The notes under the pieces are model-generated. The model had not been told where the DNA came from and ran no database searches. It saw nothing but the letters and a program-made list of their open reading frames with translations. From assembly GCA_030612765.1 (NCBI GenBank), contig JAUWNG010000001.1:11165-75164 (forward strand): a stretch of 64,000 bases of DNA, read 5' to 3'. Each line of letters begins with the position of its first letter. Positions within the stretch are counted from its first letter, which is position 1. Source of the DNA: Planctomycetota bacterium. Its GTDB lineage: Bacteria > Planctomycetota > Planctomycetia > Pirellulales > Thermoguttaceae. The position numbers and the translations under genes were made by a program. Of this stretch, positions 30,218-41,690 are shown in pieces.

Positions 30218-30649
30218 ATGACCAAACAAGAAATACTCGACGCCATTCCACACCGCGACCCCTTCCTGATGGTCGACGAGGTGATCGAACGCTCCGACCG
30301 GCGGATCGTCGGCGTCAAGACGTTCGACGGCCGGGAGTGGTTCTTCGCGGGACATTATCCCGGCTACCCGCTGGTGCCGGGCGTGCTGCTTTGCGAGGCG
30401 GCGATGCAGTGCGGGGCAATCCTGCTGGCGAGGCATTTTAGTATTTCGGCCGACGAAAACAAGGTGCCCGTGGCTACACGAATCAACAACGTCCGCTTCA
30501 AGCGTATGGTCCGGCCAGGCGAAAAAATCGTCATGGAAGTGGAACTGACCGAGCGGCTGGCTGACGCCTTTTTTCTCAACGCCAAAGTGTCGGTGGACGG
30601 CCAGGCGGCGGTGCGGTTCGAGTTCGCCTGCACGGCGGCGGGGAAATAG
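30218..30649 (+). CDS. fabZ: 3-hydroxyacyl-ACP dehydratase FabZ-like
   Basis: IPHRDPFLMVDEV...FFAGHYPGYPLVPGVLLCEAAMQ hot-dog active-site motif. Confidence 0.85.
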   Translation: MTKQEILDAIPHRDPFLMVDEVIERSDRRIVGVKTFDGREWFFAGHYPGYPLVPGVLLCEAAMQCGAILLARHFSISADENKVPVATRINNVRFKRMVRPGEKIVMEVELTERLADAFFLNAKVSVDGQAAVRFEFACTAAGK

Positions 30650-30801
30650 TGGATAGTGGGTAGTGGATAGTGGATAGTGGCCAGAGGGTGGGTAGCCACG
30701 ATAGCTCGGCTGTCGCGGACACCCGAGTGATACCGTTATCTACCCACTATCCACTACCCACTACCCACTACCCACTACCCACTACCCACTACCCACTACC
30801 C
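30647..30801. repeat. Family G heptamer arrays in inverted orientation, filling the fabZ-fabI gap
   Basis: Left arm TAGTGGATAGTGGGTAGTGGATAGTGGATAGTGG (30647-80). Right arm (CTACCCA/CTATCCA)x9 (30740-30801). Confidence 0.95.
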
Positions 30802-31602
30802 ATGGATTTCCTCCAACTCACCGACAAAACGATCCTGATCTTCGGGCTGGCCAACCGCAAGAGCGTCGCGTGGCACATCGGCCGAGTGCTGTCCGAGGCG
30901 GGCGCGCATTGCGTCTACGTCGTCCAGAACGAACAACTCCGCGGCGTCGCGGCCGAACTGCTCGGCGATGCGGAGATTTTCGTCTGCGACGTGGAACATG
31001 AGGAGCAGATCGCCCGGCTCCGCGACGAGCTTGCCCTGCGCGGCGGGCGGTTTCACGGAATGGTCCACTCGATCGCCTTCGCCGATTATTCCGACGGAGT
31101 GAAACCGTTCCACGAGACCCCGAAGAAGGCTTTTTTGCAGACTATGGACGTTTCCTGCTACTCGCTGACGGCCTTGTCCAACGCGCTGAAGGATCTGTTC
31201 GATCCGGACGCCTCAGTGGTGACGATCTCGATCTCCACTACTCGGATGGCCAGCGAGAGCTACGGATACATGGCCCCGATCAAGGCCGCGTTGGACTCGT
31301 CGTTGGCGTTTCTGGCCAAATCGTTCAGCCGCTTCTCGCGTATCCGCTTCAACGCGGTGGCGCCGGCTCTGTTGAAGACCTCCGCTTCGGCGGGCATACC
31401 CGGCTACGTGGACTCGTACCTCTACGCCGAACAGGTGATCCCGCGCCGTCAGGCGGTGCGGACCGAGGAGGTCGCGGGCGCGGCGGCGTTCCTGCTCAGC
31501 CCCCGATCGGCCGGCATCAATGCCCAGCGGATCGTCGTCGACGCCGGTATGTCGATCAACTATTTCGACCGCGAACTGATCGAACGGGCCATGCGGCCAT
31601 GA
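30802..31602 (+). CDS. fabI: Enoyl-ACP reductase FabI-like SDR
   Basis: [32 protein letters not shown] (Y-x6-K), [15 protein letters not shown] at 30802 directly abuts the heptamer array and no SD is visible. Confidence 0.8.
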   Translation: MDFLQLTDKTILIFGLANRKSVAWHIGRVLSEAGAHCVYVVQNEQLRGVAAELLGDAEIFVCDVEHEEQIARLRDELALRGGRFHGMVHSIAFADYSDGVKPFHETPKKAFLQTMDVSCYSLTALSNALKDLFDPDASVVTISISTTRMASESYGYMAPIKAALDSSLAFLAKSFSRFSRIRFNAVAPALLKTSASAGIPGYVDSYLYAEQVIPRRQAVRTEEVAGAAAFLLSPRSAGINAQRIVVDAGMSINYFDRELIERAMRP

Positions 31603-31838
31603 GCTTCCCCTGGTTTCCACGCTCTGCACGGGAACCAGGAAATATCGCCGAAACTATCTGCTCCCGACGGTGTTTATAACATTGTAGAGTGGTTGCAGTG
31701 CCTTGTTGCACAAGAATTTGCAGGTGTGCCACCCAAACAGGGCTGCCATAGCCGCTGTAAGCATGAGTCGCTGTTGGACTGTCCGCCGAGGACAGGCAGC
31801 CGCCTCAACTTGAAGGTTCGGAGCAAAGGAGACGCGAG

Positions 31839-32714
31839 ATGAAAGTTCTAAGTGCAGTATTGGCGTTGGCCGTGTCGTTGGCTATCGTCGGCAACCTTTC
31901 GGCCGAGGAGAAAAAAGAGGGCAAACGCTTCGGCCGATCAATGATGGGCGGGATGCACATGTTCGAGGGATTGGACCTCAGCGAGGAACAGAAGGCGAAT
32001 TTCAAGGAACTGTGGAAGGAGCACATGCCGAAGCTGAAGGCAGTTGGCGAGAAAATGAGGGACATCCTGACCGAGGAGCAAAGAGCGGCCCGCGCCGAGG
32101 CCCAAAAGGCCGCCATTGAAGCCGGCAAGAAGGGCAAGGAATTCAGAGACGCCGTTCAGGATGCGGTCAAGCTCACCGACGAGCAAAAGGCCAAGTTCGC
32201 GGAGCTACGAAAGGAAATGCAAGCGTTGCGGAAAGAAATGCGCGAGAAAAGCAGGGAGATTCTGACGCCCGAGCAGAAGGAAATTCTGAAAAAGAAGGGC
32301 CAGCGCCCCGACCGCCTGATGATCGGCGGGATGCGTATGTTCGAGGGATTGGACCTCAGCGAAGAACAGAAGGCGAATCTCAAGGAACTGAGGAAGGGGT
32401 ACATGCCGAAGCTGAAGGCAGTTGGCGAAAAATTAGGGAACATCATGACCGAGGCGCAGAAAAAGGCCCGCGCCGAGGCTCGAAAGATCGCCATTGAAGT
32501 CGGCAAGAAGGGCAAGGAGATCCGAGACGCCGTTCAGGATGCGGTCAAACTCACCGACGAGCAAAAGGCCATGTTCGCGGAGCTACGAAAGGAAATGCAA
32601 GCGTTGCGGAAAGAAATGCGCGAGAAAAGCAGGGAGATTCTGACGCCCGAGCAGAAGGAAGTTCTGAAAGCGAAGTATATGCGCTGGCAGAAACACAAAG
32701 CGGAAGGAAAGTAA
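31839..32714 (+). CDS. Periplasmic Spy/CpxP-like (LTxxQ motif) protein with an internal tandem duplication
   Basis: Signal peptide. Repeated LSEEQKANxKEL, LTEEQ, LTDEQKAxFAEL and LTPEQKE motifs. AAAGGAG SD. Confidence 0.7.
   Translation: MKVLSAVLALAVSLAIVGNLSAEEKKEGKRFGRSMMGGMHMFEGLDLSEEQKANFKELWKEHMPKLKAVGEKMRDILTEEQRAARAEAQKAAIEAGKKGKEFRDAVQDAVKLTDEQKAKFAELRKEMQALRKEMREKSREILTPEQKEILKKKGQRPDRLMIGGMRMFEGLDLSEEQKANLKELRKGYMPKLKAVGEKLGNIMTEAQKKARAEARKIAIEVGKKGKEIRDAVQDAVKLTDEQKAMFAELRKEMQALRKEMREKSREILTPEQKEVLKAKYMRWQKHKAEGK
31935..32690 (+). repeat. Intragenic tandem duplication, 378-nt period (Spy-like gene)
   Basis: The about 125-nt stretch from 32160 repeats at 32538 with 2 mismatches. 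Confidence 0.9.
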
Positions 32715-32866
32715 AACCCGGCGAATCTGATTTACCACACGTTGGGACGGGAGTTGTACTCCCGTCCCATTCGTGAATTCAGGGATGGCAGTTCACCTAC
32801 CACCCACCCCAACGGGCAACCGCCGTCCTTCCCTTTCGCCGGCAAGTAATAGTTTACGGGACAGCC

Positions 32867-32941
32867 GGGGACTGGTCCATTTTTCGGCGAAAAAACGCGT
32901 TTTGCCGACGAACCGTTGGCCGAAAACATGGACCTGTCCCC
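32867..32941. repeat. Family B-related palindrome (intergenic)
   Basis: GGGGACTGGTCCATTTTTCGGCG...CGAAAACATGGACCTGTCCCC. Confidence 0.8.
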
Positions 32942-32955
32942 TTCCCGCGGCGCCA

Positions 32956-33036
32956 GGGGGACAGTCCCATTTTCGCGGCGGTCAAGTCAATTTGCCTAGC
33001 AACGTCGCTCGCGCCGCGTAAATTGGGACAGTCCCC
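32956..33036. repeat. Family B-related palindrome (intergenic)
   Basis: GGGGGACAGTCCCATTTTCGCGGCG...CGCCGCGTAAATTGGGACAGTCCCC. Confidence 0.8.
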
Positions 33037-33058
33037 TGTGAACGGTTACCGCCGGCGA

Positions 33059-33463
33059 TTACAGTTCGCGGATGGCCTGATACGAGACCAGCCGTCCGCG
33101 GTCGCATCCGGGGCAATGCTCGGCCGTTTCTTTCCAAGCTGCCGGCGAGGCGAGATTCGACGCCCAAAAGGGCCACATGCGGCACTGCCGGGGCCGAGCG
33201 TCGTAGCACCGGCACTTGCGGGTCTTGGCGTCGAACAGAACGCAATCGCCGTTGGCCCGCTCGATGAGGCTCTTGCGTATCCCCACCGTTCGGACGCATT
33301 GCCGCTCGAACTCCTCGCCCCGCAGACCGAGAGCGTCGGCCAGGGCCTTGACTTCGGCCCGATTGACCCAAACGTAGCCCGGCTCTCCGGTGCAGCAGCC
33401 GCCGCAACCCGTGCAGGAAAACCTCAATCCGTCGCTATACCAATGTTGCATAATTTCATTCAC
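33059..33463 (-). CDS. YkgJ-family (UPF0153) cysteine-cluster protein
   Basis: CTGCGGCC motif, further Cys (CVLFD...CRCYDARPRQC) and a C-terminal CPGC. Confidence 0.8.
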   Translation of the reverse strand: MNEIMQHWYSDGLRFSCTGCGGCCTGEPGYVWVNRAEVKALADALGLRGEEFERQCVRTVGIRKSLIERANGDCVLFDAKTRKCRCYDARPRQCRMWPFWASNLASPAAWKETAEHCPGCDRGRLVSYQAIREL

Positions 33464-33473
33464 GAGTAAAAAT

Positions 33474-33498
33474 GCCGGGGTTGCAACCCGGCCTACGG
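33474..33498. repeat. Family F singlet
   Basis: GCCGGGGTTGCAACCCGGCCTACGG. Contains the stop codon of the NtrC-family gene. Confidence 0.85.
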
Positions 33499-34905
33499 TA
33501 GCCCGTGTTTGGCCAGCTTGTCGCGGAAGGTCGAGGGTTTCATACCCAGCGCGGCGGCGGCGGCCGTCTTGTTGCCGCCCGAGTTGCGCAGCGCGTCTTG
33601 AAGAAGTTGCTTCTCGGCGTGGTCGATCACCGCCTGAAAACCGCCGGCGGGCAACCTATCATTCTGCTCGGGGCCGCCGATCTCGCCGGCCAACACGTCG
33701 GGCGTGATGTTTCCGCCGCCGATCAGCAGTGCCCTTTCGAGCGTGTGGTACAGCTCGCGGACGTTGCCCGGCCAATCGTGTCGCGAGAGCAGAACGACCG
33801 ACTCCGGCTCGATCCGGCAGGGGCGCCCGGGTGGCACTGCCGGCTTGTCCGGCAGTGGATGGCCGGTGGCACTGCTGGACAAGCCAGCAGTGGCACTCCG
33901 AGACTGGCCGGCAATGCGTTTCAGCAGGTGCTCGGTCAGCAGCGGCAGGTCGTCCAATCGGTCCCTGAGCGGCGGGATGTTGATCCGCAGCACGTCGAGC
34001 CGGTAGTAGAGGTCCTTGCGGAACGTGCCCTCGCCGATTTTTCTCAGTAGATTCCGCTTGGTCGAGGCGATGATCCGAACGTCGGCCTTGATGGGCGCGC
34101 CGCCGCCGACGCGCTCGAAGACCTTTTCCTCGATCGCCCGCAACAGCTTCGGTTGCTGGGCGAATGGGATGTCGTCGACGTCGTCGAGATAGAGCGTTCC
34201 GCCTTCGGCCAGATCGAAGCGGCCCTTTCGCTGCTGGTCGGCGCCGGTGAAGGAGCCTTTCTCGTGTCCGTAGAGTTCGCTTTCGATGAGCTGCGGTGGG
34301 AACAGTGTGCAGCCGACTTTGACGAAGGGGAACCCGTGTCGGTGCGAGTTGCGGTGGATGATCGTCGCCAGGAGATCCTTGCCCACGCCCGTCTCGCCGT
34401 AGAGGAGCACGTTGGCGTCGGTTTTGGCGGCGATTCCGACCATCTTTTTGACCCGTTCCATCACGGCCGAGCGGCCGACGATGGTCGTTTCCACGTCTTC
34501 GGCGGAAAACGGTTGTCTAGCCGGCGTCGATTCGGCCGCGGCTTGCCGCCCGCGCTCGATCCGGGCCAACAGCGGCAGCACGTCCTCGTTGCGGAAGGGC
34601 TTGGTGAGGAAGTCTATCGCGCCGAGCTTGACCGCCTCGACGGCCACGGGAATGCTGCCGTAGGCGGTCATCATGATGACTTCCGTGTCGGCCAGCGGAC
34701 CTTGCTTGATCCGTTTGAGCAGTTCGATGCCGTCGAGCCGGGGCATTTTCAGGTCGGTCACCACCACGTCGAATCGTCCGGCGTCGAGTTTTTCGACCGC
34801 TTCCCGGCCGTCGGCGGCGGCTACCACCTCGTGTCCCTGCGCGGCGAGATCGTCGGCCAGGGTGACCCGTTTGATCTTTTCGTCGTCAACGACAAGGATT
34901 CGCAT
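33493..34905 (-). CDS. Sigma-54-dependent response regulator (NtrC family)
   Basis: Receiver (ILVVDDE...DLKMPRLDG), AAA+ (GETGVGKDLLA, ESELYGHEKGSFTGA, WPGNVREL), C-terminal Fis-type HTH. Carries in-frame element A6. Confidence 0.9.
   Translation of the reverse strand: MRILVVDDEKIKRVTLADDLAAQGHEVVAAADGREAVEKLDAGRFDVVVTDLKMPRLDGIELLKRIKQGPLADTEVIMMTAYGSIPVAVEAVKLGAIDFLTKPFRNEDVLPLLARIERGRQAAAESTPARQPFSAEDVETTIVGRSAVMERVKKMVGIAAKTDANVLLYGETGVGKDLLATIIHRNSHRHGFPFVKVGCTLFPPQLIESELYGHEKGSFTGADQQRKGRFDLAEGGTLYLDDVDDIPFAQQPKLLRAIEEKVFERVGGGAPIKADVRIIASTKRNLLRKIGEGTFRKDLYYRLDVLRINIPPLRDRLDDLPLLTEHLLKRIAGQSRSATAGLSSSATGHPLPDKPAVPPGRPCRIEPESVVLLSRHDWPGNVRELYHTLERALLIGGGNITPDVLAGEIGGPEQNDRLPAGGFQAVIDHAEKQLLQDALRNSGGNKTAAAAALGMKPSTFRDKLAKHGLP
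33830..33896. repeat. Family A copy A6 (two core hairpins, no outer arms; in-frame in the NtrC-family gene)
   Basis: GGTGGCACTGCCGGCTTGTCCGGCAGTGG...GGTGGCACTGCTGGACAAGCCAGCAGTGGCAC. Minus-strand translation SATAGLSSSATGHPLPDKPAVPP. Confidence 0.9.
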
Positions 34906-34908
34906 GGG

Positions 34909-35283
34909 TTATTTCAGCAGGGGTAGCACGGCCCGCCGCACTCGCCCGGCGGCCTTCGCGGCGAGCCTCGCTTGTTTCTTCGTTGCGTCGATGCCAGGGT
35001 ATCGGTATCCAACGGCATAGTCGTTCAATAGCTGGGCATCTCCGACGAGGAGCGTCAACTGTGGAAAGGACGTCGTGCAGAGCCGCAGCAATCCTTCAAG
35101 GTCGTGGGTTTTTCCAAAACGGACGCCGCGTTTCTGCAAGACTGCCTTTAAGAACTTTTCCGCCGCCTGCTGGGAATGAAAGCAGATGGAATCGGCCGGC
35201 AGCTTGCGACGGCGGAGCAACCCGGTGGCGACCGAGTAGTCTTCCTCCGCTTTTGCCACCCACTCAGCGGTCAGGCTTTTCAT
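34909..35283 (-). CDS. HEPN-domain protein (HEPN/MNT pair)
   Basis: MKSLTAEWVAKAEEDY...QQAAEKFLKAVL...RFGKTHDL (R-x4-H motif). Overlaps the upstream MNT gene by 20 nt. Confidence 0.8.
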   Translation of the reverse strand: MKSLTAEWVAKAEEDYSVATGLLRRRKLPADSICFHSQQAAEKFLKAVLQKRGVRFGKTHDLEGLLRLCTTSFPQLTLLVGDAQLLNDYAVGYRYPGIDATKKQARLAAKAAGRVRRAVLPLLK

Positions 35284-35659
35284 AGAGCACCTTGCCGAAC
35301 CGCACGGCGTCTTGGAGAAAGAAATCGCCGGCTTCGACTCGCCGCGCAAGCCGGCGAGCGTCGCATACGATGAGGTCCAGGGGGAACGAGTAATCGATTT
35401 TGCGGCGAATATTCAGCGACGCATCGCTTCCCATGGGACGATCCGTGATTACCAACAAATCGACGTCGCTGTCCGGACCCGCTTGTCCTTTGGCGTGAGA
35501 ACCGAATAGCAAGATTCTACGCGGTGAAACTTCTTGTGCGATGCAGGCTGCGAGGACTTTGATTTGTTGAAATCTCGTCACCGCCCGCTTTGTTGCACGC
35601 CGCTGTGCGCAGGATTCTCTCCGGCGTGTATTCGCGGATAGATTACATCGGTTTTTCAT
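35264..35659 (-). CDS. Minimal nucleotidyltransferase (MNT) partner of HEPN
   Basis: LLFGSHAKGQAGPDSDVDLLVI (GS-x10-DxD NTase motif). Start uncertain (35659 or 35692). Confidence 0.8.
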   Translation of the reverse strand: MKNRCNLSANTRRRESCAQRRATKRAVTRFQQIKVLAACIAQEVSPRRILLFGSHAKGQAGPDSDVDLLVITDRPMGSDASLNIRRKIDYSFPLDLIVCDARRLARRVEAGDFFLQDAVRFGKVLYEKPDR

Positions 35660-35739
35660 CCCGTCCCGCCGCTTGATTTGATTACTCGCCATGAACCAAA
35701 TTATTGCCGTGGAATCCCGGCCGCGGCGTCATGCGCGCT

Positions 35740-38292
35740 TTACGCCGTGGCGTCGCTTTCGCCCGAGCCTTCGGCGCCCGCGCCGACGGGCTGAGGTTCG
35801 GCCTCTGGTTCGCTTACCGAACTTTGGAAGTGGAGCTGTTTCTTGTCGCCGACTTCCTTGACATCGATGGTGATCGTGTCCATGCCTTTGAACTCGCCCT
35901 TGAGGAGTTCCTCGGAGAGCGGGTCCTCGACGAAGTTTTCGATTGCCCGACGCAACGGCCGGGCGCCGAAATCGAGGTTGCTCCCCTTGCGGATGAGATA
36001 TTGCTTGGCCTCGGACGTGAGCATCAGCTTCAGACCTTGCTCGCCGAGCCTCTCGCGGACCTTCAGCAACTCCATTTCGATCACCTCGCCCAGGTTGCTT
36101 TGCGTAAGGTGGCGGAAGACGATGGTGTCGTCGACGCGGTTGAGAAACTCGGGGCGGAAGACCTTTTCGATCTGCTCCTGCACCCGGCTCTTCATGTTTT
36201 CGTAAGAGGCGTCTTCGTCGGGCTTCTGGAAGCCGAAGGCCGACTCGTTCTTGATCGCCTCGGCGCCGGCGTTGGTGGTCATGATGAGAATCGAGTTGCG
36301 GAAATCGACGTTCCGTCCGAAGTTGTCGGTCAAGCGGCCCTCTTCCATCAACTGCAAGAGCATGTTGAACACGTCGGGGTGGGCCTTCTCTATTTCGTCC
36401 AGAAGGACCACCGCGTACGGACGGCGGCGTATCTTCTCGGTCAATTGACCGCCTTCCTCATAGCCCACGTATCCCGGCGGGGCGCCGACCAGCCGGCTGA
36501 CGTTGTGCTTCTCCATGTACTCGCTCATGTCGATCTGGACCAGCGCGTCCTCGTTGCCGAACATGAACTCGGCCAGGGCCTTTGCCAGCAGGGTCTTGCC
36601 CACGCCGGTCGGCCCGGCGAAGATGAAGCAACCGGTCGGCCGCTTGGGGTCCTTCAATCCGCTGCGGCTGCGGCGGACCGCCTTGCTGATCGAGTGGATC
36701 GCCTCGTCCTGGCTGACCACGCGTTTGTGCAATTCATCTTCCATCTTCATCAGGCGTTTCGAGTCCTCGGTGGTCATCCGGGTGAGCGGCACTCCGGTGA
36801 TCTTCGAGACCACCTCGGCGATGACCTCTTCGTCGACCAGGCCGTCGGTCTCGCGGGATTTCTCCCGCCACTTGTGCGTAATATGTTGCTTCTTTTTCTT
36901 GAGCTTGTCGGCCCGGTCGCGGAGCGCGGCGGCTTTCTCGAAGTCCTGGTTGGCCACCGCCTCTTCCTTGTCCTTGTTCAGTTTCTCGACTTCCTCGTCG
37001 ATCTCTTTCAGGTTCGGAGGTCGGGTCATGGACTTCAGATGTATCCTCGCCCCGGCCTCGTCGATTACGTCGATGGCCTTGTCGGGCAGACAGCGGCCGG
37101 TGATGTAGCGGCTCGACAGATCCACGGCGGCGGAGATGGCGTCGTCGGTAAACCGTACGTGGTGGTGCTGCTCGTAGCGGTCGCGGAGCCCCTTGAGAAT
37201 TTCGACCGCTTCGGTTTTAGTCGAAGGTTCGATTATCACCACTTGAAAGCGGCGGTCCAAAGCGCTGTCTTTTTCGATGTACTTGCGATACTCGTCCAGG
37301 GTGGTGGCGCCGATGCACTGTATTTCGCCGCGCGAGAGGGCGGGCTTCAGCACGTTGCTGGCGTCGATGGCCCCCTCCGCGCCGCCGGCCCCGACCAGGG
37401 TGTGCAACTCGTCGATAAAGAGGATCGTGTTCTTAGCGCGACGGACCTCGTTCATCACGGCCTTGATCCGTTCCTCGAACTGGCCGCGGTATTTCGTGCC
37501 GGCAACCATCATCGCCAGATCGAGCACGACGATGCGACGTTCGAGCAGCAGTTCGGGCACGTTGCCCTCGACCACCCGCTGGGCGAAACCCTCGACGATG
37601 GCCGTCTTACCCACGCCCGCCTCGCCGAGCAGGACGGGATTGTTCTTCGTCCGCCGGCCGAGTATCTGCATGGTCCGCTCGATCTCGTTCTCGCGTCCGA
37701 TCACCGGGTCGAGCTTCCCTTGGCGGGCCAGTTCGGTCAGATCGCGGCCGAAACTGTCCAGTGCCGGGGTCTTCGACTTGCCTGCGCGACGACTTTCGCC
37801 GCCGTGTGCGCCGGACATTCCGCCGGATCGCTCGGCGCCTTCGGGGCCTTCCATGCCGTGGCCCAGCAGGTTCAGCACCTCCTCGCGGACGTCCTCGAGT
37901 TTCAAGCCGAGGTTCATCAACACCTGGGCGGCCACCCCTTCCTGCTCGCGGAGCAGGCCGAGGAGAATGTGTTCGGTGCCTACGTAGTTGTGGTTCAGGT
38001 TGCGGGCCTCTTCCATCGAGTATTCGATGACCTTCTTCGCCCGCGGCGTCTGGGGCAGCTTACCCATCGTGACCATGTCCGGCCCGCTTTGCACGAGCTT
38101 CTCGACCTCGAGCCGTATCTTGCGCAGATCGACGTCGAGGTTCTTCAATACATTGGCGGCCACTCCGCTCCCTTCTTTTATCAAACCCAGCAGGATATGC
38201 TCGGTGCCGATGTATTCATGGTTGAATCGCTGGGCCTCCTGATTGGCCAGTTGCATTACTTTTCGGGCACGGTCGGTAAATCGCTCGTACAT
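35740..38292 (-). CDS. clpC: ATP-dependent Clp protease ATP-binding subunit ClpC
   Basis: [20 protein letters not shown] (Clp_N x2), two AAA+ modules ([20 protein letters not shown]), UVR motif [14 protein letters not shown]. Confidence 0.95.
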   Translation of the reverse strand: MYERFTDRARKVMQLANQEAQRFNHEYIGTEHILLGLIKEGSGVAANVLKNLDVDLRKIRLEVEKLVQSGPDMVTMGKLPQTPRAKKVIEYSMEEARNLNHNYVGTEHILLGLLREQEGVAAQVLMNLGLKLEDVREEVLNLLGHGMEGPEGAERSGGMSGAHGGESRRAGKSKTPALDSFGRDLTELARQGKLDPVIGRENEIERTMQILGRRTKNNPVLLGEAGVGKTAIVEGFAQRVVEGNVPELLLERRIVVLDLAMMVAGTKYRGQFEERIKAVMNEVRRAKNTILFIDELHTLVGAGGAEGAIDASNVLKPALSRGEIQCIGATTLDEYRKYIEKDSALDRRFQVVIIEPSTKTEAVEILKGLRDRYEQHHHVRFTDDAISAAVDLSSRYITGRCLPDKAIDVIDEAGARIHLKSMTRPPNLKEIDEEVEKLNKDKEEAVANQDFEKAAALRDRADKLKKKKQHITHKWREKSRETDGLVDEEVIAEVVSKITGVPLTRMTTEDSKRLMKMEDELHKRVVSQDEAIHSISKAVRRSRSGLKDPKRPTGCFIFAGPTGVGKTLLAKALAEFMFGNEDALVQIDMSEYMEKHNVSRLVGAPPGYVGYEEGGQLTEKIRRRPYAVVLLDEIEKAHPDVFNMLLQLMEEGRLTDNFGRNVDFRNSILIMTTNAGAEAIKNESAFGFQKPDEDASYENMKSRVQEQIEKVFRPEFLNRVDDTIVFRHLTQSNLGEVIEMELLKVRERLGEQGLKLMLTSEAKQYLIRKGSNLDFGARPLRRAIENFVEDPLSEELLKGEFKGMDTITIDVKEVGDKKQLHFQSSVSEPEAEPQPVGAGAEGSGESDATA

Positions 38293-38320
38293 TAATCTTC
38301 TCCGCCAGAAAAAATATCCC

Positions 38321-38349
38321 AAGCCCACGGGTTGCAACCCGCGGGCTTA
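38321..38349. repeat. Family F-like hairpin upstream of clpC
   Basis: AAGCCCACGGGTTGCAACCCGCGGGCTTA. Confidence 0.75.
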
Positions 38350-38560
38350 CTAACCATAGAGGTATTTCGACACAAAACGACTGCCCATAATGCGCTACGC
38401 ACACTCGAACCGGTCGGTTCGCTCCGTCTCTACCCGCCCCATACTACTGTCAGAGAATTGTAACTTCCAAAATCGGTCTAATCAAGGCAACATAAGATTC
38501 CATTGGGGTTAGGGGGAGCGAGGGTTGCCGGAATGTTGCCGATTTGCGACACTAGGCAAC

Positions 38561-40191
<1,631 letters not shown>

Positions 40192-40195
<4 letters not shown>

Positions 40196-40282
40196 GGTGG
40201 GACAAGCGCAGCGCGGTCCCACCAGTACTCGAAAAATTGAAAGAAAAATTGGTGGGACTGCGCTATGCTTGTCCCACCCTAC
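40192..40282. repeat. REP doublet (REPIN) C1
   Basis: GTAGGGTGGGACAAGCGCAGCGCGGTCCCACC ... GGTGGGACTGCGCTATGCTTGTCCCACCCTAC. Confidence 0.95.
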
Positions 40283-40314
40283 TTTCCCGCTAACCACTAT
40301 CAAGGAGACCAGCC

Positions 40315-41628
40315 GTGTCCGCGTTCCCAGATATCGCTAAAATCCGCTACGAAGGCCCCGAATCGAAAAACCCGCTGGCCTTCCGCCATTACGACGAAAA
40401 CGAGTTGGTCGAAGGCAAGTCGATGAAGGACCACTTCCGCTTCAGCGTGGCCTACTGGCATACGATGCGCGGCACGGGGGCCGATCCCTTTGGACCGGGG
40501 ACAATGCTCCGTCCGTGGGAGGCCAAGACCGATTCGGTCGAGAACGCCATCAGCCGCGCCCGAGTGGCCTTCGAGTTCATCGAGAAGCTCGGTGCCCCGT
40601 TCTACTGCTTCCACGACCGCGACGTGGCGCCCGAGGGGGCCACGCTGGCCGAGAGCAACAAAAACCTCGACGCCGTGGCCAAGGTGCTGAAAGAGGAACA
40701 AGATCGCACGGGCATAAAACTCCTCTGGGGCACGGCCAACCTGTTCAGCAATCCCCGCTACACGCACGGCGCGGCCACCAGTTGCAACGCCGACTCATTC
40801 GCCTACGCCGCCGCCCAGGTGAAGAAGATGTTGGAAGTGACCAATGAACTCGGCGGACAAGGCTACACGTTCTGGGGCGGACGCGAAGGGTATCAGTGCA
40901 TCTGGAACACCGACATGCGGCGCGAGATCGAGCATTTGGCCGCCTTTATGCACATGGCCGTCGATTATGCCAAGAAAATCGGCTTCACCGGCCAGTTCTA
41001 CTTCGAGCCAAAGCCCATGGAACCGACCAAACACCAGTACGACTTCGACTCGGCCGCCTGCATCAACTTCCTGCGTGCCCACGGCCTGGCGGACCACGTC
41101 AAGATGAACATCGAGACGAACCATGCCACGTTGGCCGGCCACGCGGTCGAGCACGAATTGGACTACGCCGGCTCGCAGGGTTTCCTCGGTTCGGTCGACG
41201 CCAACACCGGCGACCTGCTGCTGGGCTGGGACACCGACCAGTTTCCCACCGACGTGTATCTGACGACGAAGATCATGCTGATGATCCTGAAGTACGGCGG
41301 CTTTACCACCGGCGGGCTGAACTTCGACGCCAAGGTGCGGCGCGAGAGTTTCGAGCCGGTCGATCTGTTCCACGCCCATATCGGCGGCATGGACGCTTTC
41401 GCCAAGGGGCTGAAGATCGCCGCGGCCATCCGCGCCGACGGCGTGTTGGACGAGATGGTCCGGGAGCGTTACAGTTCCTGGGACACGGGCGTCGGCGCCG
41501 AGATCGAGTCCGGCCGGCACGACTTCGAGTCGTTGGAGAAGTACATGCTCGCCAAGGGCGAGATCACGTCCAACCACAGCGGCCGACAAGAACTGTTCGA
41601 GAACGTCGTCAATCGGTACGTGTTCTAA
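40315..41628 (+). CDS. xylA: Xylose isomerase
   Basis: [22 protein letters not shown], 437 aa. GTG start with AAGGAGA SD. Confidence 0.95.
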   Translation: MSAFPDIAKIRYEGPESKNPLAFRHYDENELVEGKSMKDHFRFSVAYWHTMRGTGADPFGPGTMLRPWEAKTDSVENAISRARVAFEFIEKLGAPFYCFHDRDVAPEGATLAESNKNLDAVAKVLKEEQDRTGIKLLWGTANLFSNPRYTHGAATSCNADSFAYAAAQVKKMLEVTNELGGQGYTFWGGREGYQCIWNTDMRREIEHLAAFMHMAVDYAKKIGFTGQFYFEPKPMEPTKHQYDFDSAACINFLRAHGLADHVKMNIETNHATLAGHAVEHELDYAGSQGFLGSVDANTGDLLLGWDTDQFPTDVYLTTKIMLMILKYGGFTTGGLNFDAKVRRESFEPVDLFHAHIGGMDAFAKGLKIAAAIRADGVLDEMVRERYSSWDTGVGAEIESGRHDFESLEKYMLAKGEITSNHSGRQELFENVVNRYVF

Positions 41629-41630
41629 AC

Positions 41631-41662
41631 GTAGGGTGGGACAAGCGCAGCGCGGTCCCACC
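41631..41662 (+). repeat. REP singlet C2
   Basis: GTAGGGTGGGACAAGCGCAGCGCGGTCCCACC, 3 nt after the xylA stop. Confidence 0.95.
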
Positions 41663-41690
41663 ATCGACTTCTATGCAGCAGGAGACTTCC

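Noticed and set aside
31640-31675. ECF/sigma-E-like promoter (GGAAC ... TCTGC) upstream of the Spy-like gene
   Set aside because: The spacer is about 3 nt too long relative to the E. coli sigma-E consensus. The GGAAC is part of a hairpin (CCTGGTTTCC...GGGAACCAGG). The evidence is insufficient.
35704-38295. 863-aa ORF on the plus strand
   Set aside because: It lies exactly antisense to clpC, which has unambiguous motifs. Its Val/Leu/Gly/Asp-rich shadow composition is typical of antisense frames in high-GC DNA. The same reasoning applies to 2618..3760(-), 5243..6214(+), 8296..9396(-), 11565..13583(+), 13657..14973(+), 13875..15038(-), 18826..19767(-), 20743..21561(-), 23650..24825(-), 25288..26310(-), 28423..29658(-), 39206..40303(-), 40795..41664(-), 55061..56434(-), 58015..59106(-) and 59308..60324(+).
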